Shown in pieces: positions 24,701 to 36,479 of a stretch of 64,000 nucleotides of DNA (its first letter is position 1; every line of letters starts with the position of its first letter). The position numbers and the translations under genes were made by a program. The notes under the pieces are model-generated. The model searched no databases, was not told the origin of the DNA, and worked only from the letters and a program-made list of their open reading frames with translations. Location: assembly GCF_028641065.1 (NCBI RefSeq), contig NW_026575418.1, positions 62,001-126,000 of the forward strand, read 5' to 3'. This DNA comes from Leucoraja erinacea (lineage: Eukaryota).

Positions 24701-27103
24701 GTTGGAAGGCGTTGGAGGTTTCAAGGGGGGGGTGAGGAGGTGACGGGGTGATGAGGTGAGTGGATGGGGTAGTGAGGGAAGAGAAGAGAGGGCAGTGAAG
24801 GGGAGAGTGAGGAGGAGGAGGGAAGGGGAGAGAGGGAAGTGGCAGTAGGAGGTGAGGAGAGGACAGGGGGAGGGGAGGGAAGAGGTAGTGGGGGATGAGG
24901 AGAGCTGAGGGCAAGGGGAAGTTTTCTCTCACCCCTGCTTTCTCCCTCTGTCCCCCAGATTATTCCTACTGCTGGGATAATTTTGTGGCGCGTCGGGGGT
25001 CCCAGTTCAAGGGGTGGGACGGGCTCCAGTCAAATTCAGTGAGGATTTCACGTCTGCTCCGTAGAATTCTACAGGTCTGTGGCCCCCATCCTCTGCTCCC
25101 TCCCCCCCCCCCCCATGCTACACACCCTGCACCCCCACATGCCCCCCCCCCCCCCCCCACAAGGTAAGATAATAAAAAAACATAGGACATTATACATACA
25201 GAACTGTGAAGAGGGTGTTAGGATGTTGCAGGGTGACCTGGACAGATTGAGTGAGTGGGCAGATGCGTGGCAGATGCAGTATAATATAGATAAATGTGTG
25301 GTTATCCACTTTGGCAGATTATTATCTCAATGGGGTTAGGTTAGGTAAGGGGGAGGTGCAGCGTGACTTGGGTGTCCTTGTACACCGGTCACTGAAAGTT
25401 GGCTTACAGGTACAGCAGGTAGTGAAGAAAGCTAATGGAATGTTGGCCTTCATAAGAGGATTTCAGTCTAGGAGTAAAGAGGTTCTTCTGCAGTTGAATA
25501 GGGCTCTGGTGAGACCACATCTGGAATATTGTGTACAGTTTTGGTCTCCTAATTTGAGGAAGGACATACTTGTGGTTGAGGCAGTGCAGCGTAGGTTCAT
25601 GAGATTGATCCCTGGGATGGCGGGACTGTCATATGAGGAAAGATGGAAAGGACTAGGCTTGTATTCACTGGAGTTTAGTGGGATATCTTATAGAAACATA
25701 TAAATTGTAAAAGGACTGGACAAGCTAGATGCAGGAATAATGTTCCCAATGTTGGGCGAGTCCAGAACCAGGCTTAGAATAAAGGGGAAAGTACACAAAA
25801 AATGCTGGAGCGGGTGCAGCAGCATCTATGGAGCGAAGGAAATAGGCAACGTTTCGTGCCAAAACCCTTAATCCACTTAGAATAAAGGGGAGGTCATTTA
25901 AGACTGAGGTGAGAAAAAACTTTTTCACCCAGGGAGTTGTGAAGTTATTGAATTCCCTGCCACAGAGGGCAATGGAGGCCAAATCACTGGATGGATTTAA
26001 GAGAGAGTCAGATAGAGCTCTAGGGGCTAGTGGAGTCAAGGGATATAGGGAGAAGGCAGGCACGGGTTATTGACAGGGGACAATCAGCCATGATCACAAT
26101 GAATGGCGGTGCTGGCTTGAAGGGCCAAATGGCCTCTTCCTGCACCTATTTTCTATGTTTCAAGAACGTTGGTGAAGCTGCACTTGGAGTATTGTGCGCA
26201 GTATCGGTCGTTGAGCTGGAACGGGTGCAAAGAAGAATTTACAAAGATGTTACATAGATCCTTGAGACTGACGTCACAGGTATTAGAGGAAGAGATAGAT
26301 TAAACAATCAGAGCCTTTTCCTCACTGGGTGGAAACATCAAAGACTAGAGGGTGTAGCTTTAAGGTGAGAGGGGTCAAGTTTAAAGGAGAATAGCGGCGC
26401 ATGTTTAATTTCACCAAGGTTCGTCGGGACCTGGAGCGCAGTGCCGGAGTGGTGGTGGAGGCAGATATGAGTGGTATTTGGGAGACTTTTAGATAGGCAC
26501 ATGGAAGTGCAGGGACTGGAGGGATATGGATCACTTGCAGCCAGAGGAGATCAGTAATATGGATTCCCTCCCTCGCTCGTCCTCCCTCCTATTCCCTATT
26601 GCTTCTTCCACCCTCCCACGACCCCCCTCTCCCCTCCCTCCATCATCTCATTATTTAAAGTTATCTCAATCGCTCCTCACCCTCATCCTCTTGCTGCCCA
26701 ACAAACCATCCCTCCCTCTCTCCTCCCACCCTCTCCCACGAAACCACTTCACTCTTCTCCTTTCCACCCTCTCTTTCTTCCTATCATCCCCTCCGCTCTC
26801 TCTCCCTCCTTCCACTCTCTCCTCCTACTCCCCATTCCCTCTCCCCTTCATCTCTATTTCTAACATTGTCGCCCTCTCTCTTTTCTTTCCACCCACATCG
26901 CCCCCTCCTCTCCCCCCTCCTACCCCCATATCACCTCCTCCCTTAAACCCCTCCCCTCCCCTTTCCCTCTCTCCCACCTTCCCTCTCCCTCTCCACCTGC
27001 TCCAAGTCTAACATTATCTCTCTCTCTCTCTCTACCACCCCATTTGCAGCCATTGGATGAATTTGAAGACTTCAGCGAGGCCTTCCTGATGCTCGGCCTT
27101 TGA
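18126..27103 (+). CDS. aicda: AID/APOBEC-family cytidine deaminase, AICDA-like (spliced model 18126-18133, 23450-23868, 24959-25074, 27050-27103; 198 aa)
   Basis: The spliced translation contains FLYHFTNARWAKGRHETY, RRDS, SLDFGYLRN, HAE (H56/E58 at 23607/23613), SWSPCAQC (C87/C90 at 23700/23709), ARLYYC, GLRRL, DYSYCWDNF, NSVRISRLLRRIL and a C-terminal PLDEFEDFSEAFLMLGL*. It aligns without gaps to human AID recalled from memory (about 110/196 identical by hand count). All GT-AG junctions keep frame. The symbol reflects homology; orthology versus paralogy is not proven, and exon 1 is tentative. Confidence 0.9.
18134..19740 (+). repeat. G/A-rich low-complexity tracts in AICDA-like intron 1
   Basis: Almost purely purine on the plus strand with GGGGAGGG and (GA)n runs. 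Similar tracts occur at 8400-8930 and 23869-24900. Confidence 0.9.
18740..18777. mobile_element. 38-bp perfect palindrome, same family
   Basis: CAAAGATCCTATAGCAGAGCTCTGCTATAGGATCTTTG is exactly self-complementary. The flanks GTTTATAT and GTTGATAG match at 6/8. Confidence 0.8.
19770..19895 (+). pseudogene. Degenerate truncated copy of AICDA-like intron-1/exon-2 junction
   Basis: gagtttcactcttt plus a pyrimidine tract, then TGC CTG ATG AGC AAG AGG GAG TTT CTG CAC ACT AAC GCC CGC TGG TCC AAG GGG AGG (CLMSKREFLHTNARWSKGR), compared with CLMTKKKFLYHFTNARWAKGR in the real exon. Confidence 0.8.
19945..20116 (+). pseudogene. Second degenerate copy of AICDA-like intron-1/exon-2 junction
   Basis: atgtatgttcgtgcgcgcttac matches 23354-23375 at 21/22 nt. 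It is followed by a pyrimidine tract and KRKSLSHFTTAR*AKG (W codon mutated to TGA). Confidence 0.8.
20730..22400 (-). mobile_element. CR1 fragments in AICDA-like intron 1 (about 20730-21310, 21760-22400)
   Basis: ALVRPHLEYCVQFWSP and GNYTAVSLTSVVGKLLESI motifs. Confidence 0.85.
22835..22921 (+). pseudogene. Third degenerate copy of AICDA-like exon-2 start
   Basis: ccttccctctaacag, then AGC AAG AAG ACG TCC CTG TAC CAC TAC CAC TGG GCC AAG GGG AGG (SKKTSLYHYHWAKGR), then gagcttcact. Confidence 0.7.
23167..23343. mobile_element. Rearranged Penelope-tail mini-insertion in AICDA-like intron 1
   Basis: A minus-orientation tail is joined to a plus-orientation tail piece, flanked by a 14-bp direct repeat CTCCACTATAATGT (23153-23166, 23344-23357). 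Confidence 0.75.
23450..23868 (+). CDS. aicda: AICDA-like large coding exon (equals mammalian exons 2+3 fused)
   Basis: Acceptor is (TC)n-cccatag|C and donor is ACAG|gtacgg. Length is 419 nt, equal to 148+271 nt of the human coding exons 2 and 3. It carries both zinc-coordinating motifs. Confidence 0.95.
24959..25074 (+). CDS. aicda: AICDA-like exon equivalent to mammalian exon 4
   Basis: Acceptor tctgtcccccag|AT, donor CTACAG|gtctgt, 116 nt as in human exon 4. Encodes (D)YSYCWDNFVARRGSQFKGWDGLQSNSVRISRLLRRILQ. Confidence 0.95.
25190..26545 (+). mobile_element. CR1 fragments in the last AICDA-like intron, with a Penelope-tail piece (about 25795-25870)
   Basis: ORF 25296-25703 is CR1 C-terminus, followed by the 3' UTR tail. 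Confidence 0.85.
27050..27103 (+). CDS. aicda: AICDA-like last coding exon (nuclear export signal region)
   Basis: Acceptor catttgcag|CCA. 54 nt encoding PLDEFEDFSEAFLMLGL*, matching human exon 5 (PLYEVDDLRDAFRTLGL*) in length and hydrophobic spacing. Confidence 0.9.
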   Translation, partial: PLDEFEDFSEAFLMLGL

Positions 27104-27229
27104 CCTTCGACGATCTCTCCTTCCCTCCCCTCCTCTTTCCTTAATTTCCCTCCTACTTCTTCCCTTCCTCTGCCCTTGCCTCCTCTTTCCTCCTTCCCTT
27201 GCCTCTCTCCTACCCTCCCCTTACATCCC

Positions 27230-28350
27230 CAGGGTGATGGTAGCAGAAGTTAGATCGGCCTTCTTGACAGTAAACCCACACCAAGTCATCGGTCCTGATG
27301 GAGTTCTGCCTCGTGTCCCCAGTAGCTGCATGGAACAACTAGCGAGAGTATTTCGTGGACATATTTGATCTGTCCCTACACCGTTCTGAGGTACCCACCA
27401 GCTTCAAGTGGACCACCATCATCCTAGTGACAAAGAACAGCAAGACCTCATGCCTAAACGACTACCGTCCAGTGGCTTTGGCATCCAACATCATGAAATG
27501 TATTGAGAGGTTAGCAATGGAAAGCATTAAATGTGGCCTCCCCAGCTGCCTTCACCCACTGCAGTTTGCCTACTGCCACAACAGGTCCACAGCCGATGCC
27601 ATCACCCTGGCCTTACACTCACACATGTAACATCTGGATAAGAGTGACACCTGCATCAGACTCCTATTCATCGTCTACAACTCTGTCGTTAATACCATTA
27701 TACCATCCAAGCTCATCATCAAACGCACGGGGCTTGGTGTCAGCCTTCATCCCTGCAACTGGACCTTCAACTTTCTGACCAACAGATCCCAATCAGTGAG
27801 GACAGGTAACAAAAAATCCTCAACACGGGGGCTCTGCAAGGATGCGTTAACAGCCCCCTTCTTTACTCCTTGTACACCCACGACTCCGCAGCCATGGACA
27901 AATCGAATTCAATATTCAAATTCGCAGACGATGCCACCATTTTGGATCAGATAACAAATAATGATGTGTCAGAGATTGAGAACCTTGTGTCCTGGTGTTG
28001 AGATGACAACCATTCTTTCAATGTCAGCAAGATAAAGGAGGTAGTGTTTGACTTCAGGACGCAACCCCAGTTTCTATTGTCGGTGCCAAAAGTAGAGATG
28101 GTTGAAAACATCAACTTTCTCAGTCAATATCACTAACGACTTCTCCTGGACCACCCATATTGACCAAGCAAGCACTCCAATGCCTCTACTTCCTTAGAAG
28201 GCAAAGGAAGTTTGGTATGTCCCCTACAACTATCACCAACTTCTACAGATACACCATAGAAAGCATTTGATCAGGATTCATCACAACTTGGTTTGGGAAC
28301 AGCTTCATTCAAAATCGCAGAACATTGCAGTGATTTGTTGACGCAGTCCA
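27230..28350 (+). mobile_element. Rex1/Babar-type RT fragment just downstream of the AICDA-like stop
   Basis: [24 protein letters not shown] and FKFADD motifs with frameshifts. Confidence 0.8.
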
Positions 28351-28549
28351 GACCATCGCACAAACTAAAGATAGACATAAAATGCTGGAGTAACTCAGCG
28401 GAGCAGGCAGCATCTCTGGAGAGAAGGAATTGGCAAAGTTTTGGCTCGAGACCCTTCTTCAGACTGAGAGTCAGGGGAAAGGGAAGACATATATAGTTGA
28501 TGTAGAAATATAGAACAATTTAATGAAATATATGGAAAATAGTGAAAGA

Positions 28550-29790
28550 AACAGGCCATTAAACCATATAACAATTACAGCACGGAAACAGGCCATCGTG
28601 ACCCTTCTAGTCCGTGTCGAACACGTATTCTCCCCTAGTCCCATACACCTGCATTCAGACCATAACCCGCCATTCCTTTCCTGTCCATATAACTATCCAA
28701 TTTATTTTTAAATGATAAAAACGAACCTGCCTCCACCACCTTCACTTGAAGCTCATTCCACACAGCTACAACTCTCTGAGTAAAGAAGTTCCCCCTCATG
28801 TTACCCCTAAACTTCTGTCCCTTAATTCTCAAGTCATGTTCCCTTGTTTGAATCTTCCCTACTCTCAGTGGGAAAAGCTTATCCACGTCAACTCTGTCTA
28901 TCCCTCTCATCATTTTAAAGACCTCTATCAAGTCCCCCCTTAACCTTCTGCGCTCCAGAGAATAAAGCCCTAACTTGTTCAACCTTTCTGTGTAACTTAG
29001 TTGCTGAAACCCAGATAACATTCTAGTAAATCTCCTCTGTACTCTCTCTATTTTGTTGACATCCTTCCTATAATTAGGCGACCAAAATTGTACACCCTAC
29101 TCCAAAATTGGCCTCACCAATGCCTTGTACAATTTTAACATTACATCCCAACTTCTATACTCAATGCTCTGATTTATAAAGGCCAGCACACCAAAAGCTT
29201 TCTTTACTACCCTATCTACATGAGATTCCACTTTCAGGGAACTGTGCACAGTTATTCCCAGATCCCTCTGTTCACCTGCATTCTTCAATTCCCTACCATT
29301 TACCATGTACGTCCAATTTTGATTTGTCCTGCCAAGATGTAGCACCTTACACTTATCAGCATTAAACTCCATCTGCCATCTTTCAGCCCACTCTTCCAAC
29401 TGGCATAAATCTATCTGTAAACTTTGAAAATCTACTTCATTATCCACAACCCCATCTATCTTAGTATCATCTGCATACTTACTAATCCAATTTACCACAC
29501 CATCATCCAGATCATTGATGTGCATGACAAACAACAGTGGATCCAACACGGATCCCTGTGGCACCCCAGTAGTCACTGGCCTCCAACCTGACAAACAACC
29601 ATCCACCATTACTCTCTGGCATCTCCCATTCAGCTACTGTTGAATCCATCTTGCTACTCCACCATTAATACCCAACCATTGAACCTTCTTAACCAACCTT
29701 CCATGAGGAACCTTGTCAAAGGCCTAACCCTCATACAATTTCCCGAGTAACCTCTTCAAAAAATTCAAGAAGATTAGTCAAACATGACCT
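28550..29790 (-). mobile_element. CR1 LINE 3' fragment (second subfamily)
   Basis: [22 protein letters not shown] and TREHDLRIKGQKF motifs; (AACCATAT)n tail. Confidence 0.9.
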
Positions 29791-29799
29791 TCCAGACCT

Positions 29800-31765
29800 A
29801 CCATTGTTAGCTGTTTGCTAGGTGCGTACGAGAAGCAGGCGCGACTTGGGTGGGGAAGGGATGGAGAGAGGGAATGCAGTTGTTACTTGAAATTGAATCC
29901 ATTTTCATACCACTGGGTTGTAAGCTGCCCAAGCAAAATATGAGATTCTGTTTCTCCAATTTACATTTAGCCTCACTCTGACAATGGAGGAGGCCTAGCA
30001 CAGAAATGGCTGTAGGGAATGTGAAGGGGAATTAAAGTGTTTGACAATAGGGAGATCAGGTAGGTCCAGGAGGACTGAGCTTAAGTGCTCAACGAAATGA
30101 TCGCCCAGTCTAGGTTTGGTCTTGCCGGTGTTAGTCCACGTCTTGAACAGCAGATGAGGTTGGAGGAGGTGCAAGTGAACCTGTGCCTAACCTGGGAGGA
30201 CTGCGAGGGTTGAGAGAGGAGGAATAGGGACAAGTGTTTCATCTCCTGTGATTGCATGGGAAGGTACACGGGGAGGGGGTAGTTTGGATGGGAATTAACC
30301 CGGGAGCTGCGGAGGGAATGGTCTCTGTGAAATGAGTGGAGATGGGAAGATGTGGGGTCCTGTTGGAGGTGGCGAAAATGTTGGAGGATTATATGTGGGA
30401 TATGACCACACAATTAAAGCACATGGTATTGGGGGTAGGGTGTTGACATGGATAGAAAATTGGTTGGCAGACCGGAAGCAAAGCGTAGCAGTGAACGGGC
30501 CCTTTTCAGAATGGCAGGCAGTGGCGAGTGGAGTGCTGCCAGGCTTGGTGTTGGGGCCACAACTGTTTACCATATATTTTAATGATTTGGAAGAGGGAAT
30601 TAGGAGCACCACTAGCAAGTTTGCGGATGACACAAAGCTGGCTGGCAGTGTGAGTGGTGAAGAGGATGTTAGGAGGTTGCAGGGTGACCTTGACAGGTTG
30701 AGTGAGTGGGCAGATGCAGTATAATATAGATAAATGTGAGGTTATCCACATTAGCGGCAAAAGCAAAGGGGCAGATTATTATCTCAATGGGGTTATATTA
30801 GGTAAGGAGGAGGTGCAGCGAGACCTGGGCGTCCTTGTACACCGGTCATGGAAAATTGGCTTACAGGTACAGCAGGCAGTATAGGAATAAGGAAGTTCTT
30901 CTGCAGTTGTATAGGGCTCTGGTCAGACCACATCTGGAGTATTGTGAACAGTTTTGGTCTCCTAATTTGAGGAAGGGCATCCTTGTGATTGAAGCAGTGC
31001 AGCATAGGTTCACGAGATTGATCCCTGGGATGGCGGGACTGTCATATGAGGAAAGATTGAAAAGACTAGGCTTTTATTCACTGGTGATTAGAAGGATGTG
31101 GGGGTTCTTATAGAAACATATCAAATTATAAAAGGATGGACAAGCTAGATGCAGGAAAATGTTCCCAACGTTGGGCGTCCAGAACCAGGGGCCACAGTCT
31201 TAGAACAAAGGGGAGGTCATTTAAGACTGAGGTGAGAAAAAACTCTTTCACCCAGAGAGTTGTGAATTTATAGAATTCCCTCCCACAGAGGGCAGTGGAG
31301 GCCAAGTCACTGGATGGATTTAAGAGAAAGTTAGATAGAGCTCTAGGGGCTAGTGGAGTCAAGGTATATGGGGAGAAGGCAGGCACAGGTTGTTGATAGG
31401 GGACGATCAGCCATGATCACAGTGAATGGCGGTGCTGGCTCAAAGGGCCGAATGGCCTCCTCCTGCACCTATTTTCTATGTTTCCATGATGGCAGATGGG
31501 GTGAAACGTTAGGACTAAGGGGACTCTGTTCCTGATGCGTCTGGGGGAATGGGGGAGCAAGAGCAGAGCTGCGGGGTACCGAGGACACACATGTGAGGGC
31601 CTCATCCCTGATGGAAGAGGGAAACCCCTGTTCCGTAAAGAATGAGGACATCTCGGGTGTCCTGGTATGGAACACCTCATCCGTGGCACAGATGCAGCAT
31701 AGATGGAGGAATTGGGAGTAAGGGTAGTGTCTTTGCAGGAAGCAGGGTGGTAAGTTCTAATCCAA
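29800..31765 (-). mobile_element. Penelope-like element fragments (29800-30405, 31486-31765) split by a CR1 insertion
   Basis: Degenerate GIY-YIG region (LGLLHCQSEAKCKLEKQNLIFCLGSLQP) and RT-thumb region; same family as 51209-52185. Confidence 0.8.
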
Positions 31766-33100
31766 GATGTCCTCATTCTCACTCATATCTTCTCCCCTCC
31801 CCCCTACCCTTCCTCTCTTCTTTCTTCCCTCATTTCACCTCACCTCCCTCTTGGCTCCCCTCCCCTTCCCTCTCTCCTTTTCCACCCACACCCCCTCCAC
31901 TCCCTGGCCTGTGGCACGGCATCAAGGGCTATGTTGCCAATCGTGGATAAAAATGATACCAAATACTCCCTCTGGGGACTAATTTGCAGTTTGTTTGTTC
32001 GCCATGCCTTTAATGGGTAAACTCTTCCATTTTATCCCGGTCTGAGATAAAAAGAGGTCCTCATCTTTGACCTTGAGTTATACAGTTAGAGAGTCACACA
32101 GCACGGAAACAGGCCCTTCGGCCCAATTTGTCCATGCGGACCAACATGCAAATCTACATTAGACCCACCTGCCTGCGTTTGGCCCATACCCCTCTCAGAA
32201 TTTTCTATCCATGCACGTCCAAAAGTTACTTAAAATTTGTGATAGTACCTGCCTCAACTACCTCATCCGGCAGCTGGTTTCATATACCCACCATCCTCTG
32301 TGAAAAATGTTGCCCCTCCTATTAAATCTCTCCACCTTCATCTGAAACCTGTCGTCTGCTTCTCGATTTCTCTACTCAGCGGGTAAAAGACTCTGTGTAT
32401 TCACCCTAATTATTCCCCTCATGATCTTGTACTCATCTATAAGGCCCATAACCAGGGGCCACAGTCTTAGAATAAAGGGGAGGTCATTCAGGACTGAGGT
32501 GAGAAAAAAACGTTTTCACCCAGAGAGTTGTGAATTTATGGAATTCCCTGCCACAAAGGGCAGTGGAGGCCAAGTCAGTGGATGGATTTAAGGGATAGTT
32601 AGATAGAACTCTCGGGGCTAGTTTTCAAGGGATATGGGGAGAAGGCAGGCACGGGTTATTGATAAGGGACGATCATCCATGATCACAATGAATGACGGTG
32701 CTGGCTCGAAGGGCCGAATAGCCTCCTCCTGCACCTATTTTCTATGTTTCTATGTAAGATTGCCTCAGATCCTCCAGCGCTCCATGGAATAAAGTCCCAG
32801 TCTTGCCCAACCACTCCCTGTAATTCAGGTTCCTCGAATCCTCGTAAATCTCTGCGTCCTTTCCAGCTTCACGACATAATTTCTATAATAGGATTAGTAA
32901 AACTGTGCACAATACACCAAGTGCGGCCTCATCAAACATCTTGCACAAATGTTATGTGATGTCCCAACTTTTACATTCAGTGCCCTGACTGATGAAGGCC
33001 AATGTGCTAAAAGCCTTCTTGACGGCCCTATCTACCTGTGGCATCACTTTCAGGGAACTACATACAGGTCCCTGCATTCCTAGATCCCACACCTCTACAA
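30405..33100. mobile_element. CR1 fragments (about 30405-31485 +, 32050-32450 -, 32450-32755 +, 32760-33080 -)
   Basis: SKFADDTKL and LVRPHLEYCEQFW motifs and the characteristic 3' UTR. Confidence 0.8.
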
Positions 33101-33379
33101 CACACCCTGCCTAGCTGTGACAACGCTTTCCGGGAACCATGTACCTCTACTTCTAGATCGCTCTGCTTGCCAACACTCCCTATTTGCCTGTGACGTCACA
33201 TTCAAGTAGTGAAAATCATGCCATGTCTCTACCTCGTTAGCCCCTCCATCCCTCCCTAACCCAGGACTTGAAGTAATTAGCATTACAGATGAAAGATTAC
33301 GCATTACCGATCAAAGTTCTTGTGGAATATTACTTGCAAAAAATAAAAAGAAGATTATAACAATGTCTATTTTCCTTTG

Positions 33380-33750
33380 AAGCTCTGATCTAATCCAGAG
33401 GTTCGAGGGTGGAGGGTTATATACAGAATAACAGATCCCTGGCAGTGGGTTACAATCTTGGATCTAACCCAGGGTTTGTGGTATTTATATATAAAAAATA
33501 ACAGATCCTTGCACTGCAGGCTGTGATCTATTATCACGGCTACGGGAGGCTTATATATACAATAATGGATTCCTTTGAGTGGGTTACAGGCTGAGATCTA
33601 ATCAAGGTGTTTGGTTGAGTTTATAAACAGAATAACAGATCCCCAGGAGTAGGTGACCGGCTGGGATCTAATCCAAGCATTCTGGATGGGTTTATATAAA
33701 GAATATCAGATCCCTGGGAGTGGGTTATAAGTTTGGATCTAAAGTAATGT
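33380..33750. repeat. Degenerate ~70-bp minisatellite, about 5.5 units
   Basis: The anchor (AATAA)CAGATCC recurs at 33432, 33502, about 33566, 33636 and 33707. Each unit ends in (G)GATCTA. Confidence 0.8.
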
Positions 33751-34129
33751 ATTAATATATATATATATATATATATATGAATTACACACATACCTTGGAA
33801 CCGACACACACACTGCATGACGTTCCCTGTGCACCGTCCTCACACACACACACTCACACGCTAGGCCCCTACATCTCCCTCTGTAACCCCCTCTCCCCTC
33901 TGGCACCCTCCCCATAACCTGTTCCCCTCCAGCCCCTACAGGCCAATTCCCAGTCTCTGTAACTCCCTTCCCTCCAGTCCTAACACCCACCTTCTCGCTC
34001 CCTTTCTGTATTCACCGCTGGCCCTTGCTTATCAACAAAAGCTTTTCACGGACACAAAGATAATTAAAATATGAAACATAGAGTCTGAATATCAATGGAA
34101 TTGTTAAAGTCATGAAAACTCAGTCTTGA

Positions 34130-36240
34130 CAAACAATCATCCAGTCTGCGTTTGGTCTCACCGATAAATAATAGTCCAAAATCTTGAACAATGGATACAG
34201 TAGATGAGGTTGGAAGAGATAAGTGAACCTCTGCCTAACCTGAAAGGACTGTGGGGGTCCCTGATCAGAGACGAGGGAGGAGATATAGCGACAGGGGTTA
34301 CATCTTCTGCGGTTGCAGGGGAAGGTACCTGAGGAGGGTGTAGTTTGGGTGGGAAGGGGTGGAGATGGGAAAATGTGGCTAGTGGTGAGGTCCCATTGGA
34401 AGTGTTAGAAATGTTGGATGATTATGTGTTGTATGCTACGGCTGATGGGGCGGAAAGTAAGGACTAGGGGGACTCTGTCTTTGTTGCGACTAGGGGAGGG
34501 AGAGCAAGGGCAGAGCTGCGGGGTACCCAGGAGTCACGAGTGAGAGGTTTATTTATGATGAGAGAGGGGATCCCCCGTTCCAAAAAAATGAAGACATCTC
34601 TGATGATCTGGTATGGAACAACTCAACTTGGGCGCAGATTCGGCGTAAATGGAGGAATTGGAAGTAGGGGATAGAGTTTTTGTAGGAAGCAGGGTGGGAA
34701 GAGTTGGAGTCAAAATAGTTGTGGGAGTCAGTGGGTTTGTAATAGACATCAGTCAATAGTCTATTTCTTGTAGGTAGACACAAAATGCTGGAGAGACTCA
34801 ACAGGTGAGGTAGCATCTATGGAGAGAAGGAATTGGCGATGTTTCGGGTCGAGACCCTTCTTCAGACTGATGTCAGGGGAGGGCATAGGACTATGAAATA
34901 AAGTGGCCGGGGACAGTGGGACTAGTGGGAGGACTTGGAAGTTGGATGGCAAGGAGAAAGCGGGCAAGGGCTCCCCTTAGAGAAGTCAACATTCATACTG
35001 CTGGGGTGTAAACTACACAAGCAAAATATGAGGTGCTGTTCCTCCAATTTCCTCAGGGCCTCACTCTGACAGTGGAGGAGGCCCAGGACAGAAAAGTCAG
35101 ATTGGGAATGGGAGGGAGAGTTGAAGTGCTGTGCCACCGGGACATCAGCTTGGTTAAGACGGACTGAGCGGAGGTGTTTAGCGAAACGATCACTAAGCCT
35201 GTGCTTGGCCTCACCGATGTGACACCTGGAACAGCGGATGCAGTAGATGAGGTTTGAGGAGGTGCAAGTGAACTGCTGCCTCACCTGGAAAGACAGTTTA
35301 GGTCCTTGGGTAGAGTCAAGGAGGGAGGAAGGGACAGGCATGTCCTGCTGTTGCAGGGGAAAGTACCTAGGGAGGGGATGGTTTGGATAGGAAGGGACGG
35401 GTTCACCAAGGAATTACGGAGGGAACATTCTCTGCAGCAAGCAGAAAGGGGTGGAGATGGAAAGGTATGGCCAGTGGTGGGATCCTTATGGATGTGGCAA
35501 AATTGTTGGAATATTAAATGTTGTACATAATGGCTGATGGCGTGGAAGGGGAGGACAAGATGGACTCTGTCCTTGTTACGAGAGGAGGGAGGGGGACTAA
35601 GAGTGGAGGTGTGGAAAATATCATCCTGGGCAGAGATGCGGCATAGACAGATGAATTGGGAGCAGGGGATAGAGTCTTTACAAGAAGTAGGGTGGGAAGA
35701 AGTGTAGTCAAGATAACTGTGGGAGTCAGTAGCTTTATAGTAGATGTCAGTCAATATTTCTTGTGATGTAGACTGTGAGATCAAGAACGGGGAAGGAAAT
35801 GTCGGAGATGGTCCGAGTAAATTTGAGTGCAGAAAGAAAATTGGTGGTGAAGTTGATGAAGTCCATGAGTTCTGCAGGTGGTAGCACCGTTGCAGTCATC
35901 ATTGTAACAAAGATCGGGTTTGGGGATAGGGCCAGTGTACGCCTGGAACAGGGATCGTACAACGTACCCTACAAAGACGCAGGCATAACTGGGGCCCATG
36001 CGGGTGCCTATACCCGGGTGGAAGTGGGAGAGGTCACAGGGGAATTTGTTAAAGGTGCGGAACAGCTCCGCGAGGCGGAGTAGAATGTTAGTAGCGGGAA
36101 ATTAGATGGTTCTGTGGTAGAAGAAGAAACTAAAGGCTTTAAGGCCTTCCAGATGGGGGGTGGATGCGTGACTAAACGTACAATGTAAAGATGAGGGAGT
36201 GGGTGCTCAGAAAGCAGAAGTTATTAAAGAGACGAAGGGC
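34130..36240 (-). mobile_element. Tandem degenerate Penelope-like copies
   Basis: RT motif MGPSYACVFVGY...CYNDD and GIY-YIG motif IYCIRCSRC..IGEAKHRL. A hammerhead-like tail at about 34775-34875 lies between the two pieces. Confidence 0.85.
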
Positions 36241-36479
36241 ATGTGAGATATCTTGGACATAGGTCGGGAGAGATTGGACCATAGGATGGAGTTGTGGTAG
36301 TGGAAATAATTTCCATGTGACAGGAGCAAGCAGAAACAAGGTGTCTGCTGGGGCAATTGTGTGTGTTGATATTAGGGAGAAGGTAAAAACGGGCTCTGGA
36401 GTTTAGAAGGATGAGAGGGTATCTTATTGGAACATATAAGATTATTAAGGGTTTAGAGGCAGGAAACGTGTTCCCGACT

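Noticed and set aside
33380-33750. CRISPR-like reading of the 70-bp array
   Set aside because: Eukaryotic context, the interiors are mutually homologous, the anchors are degenerate, and there are no cas genes.
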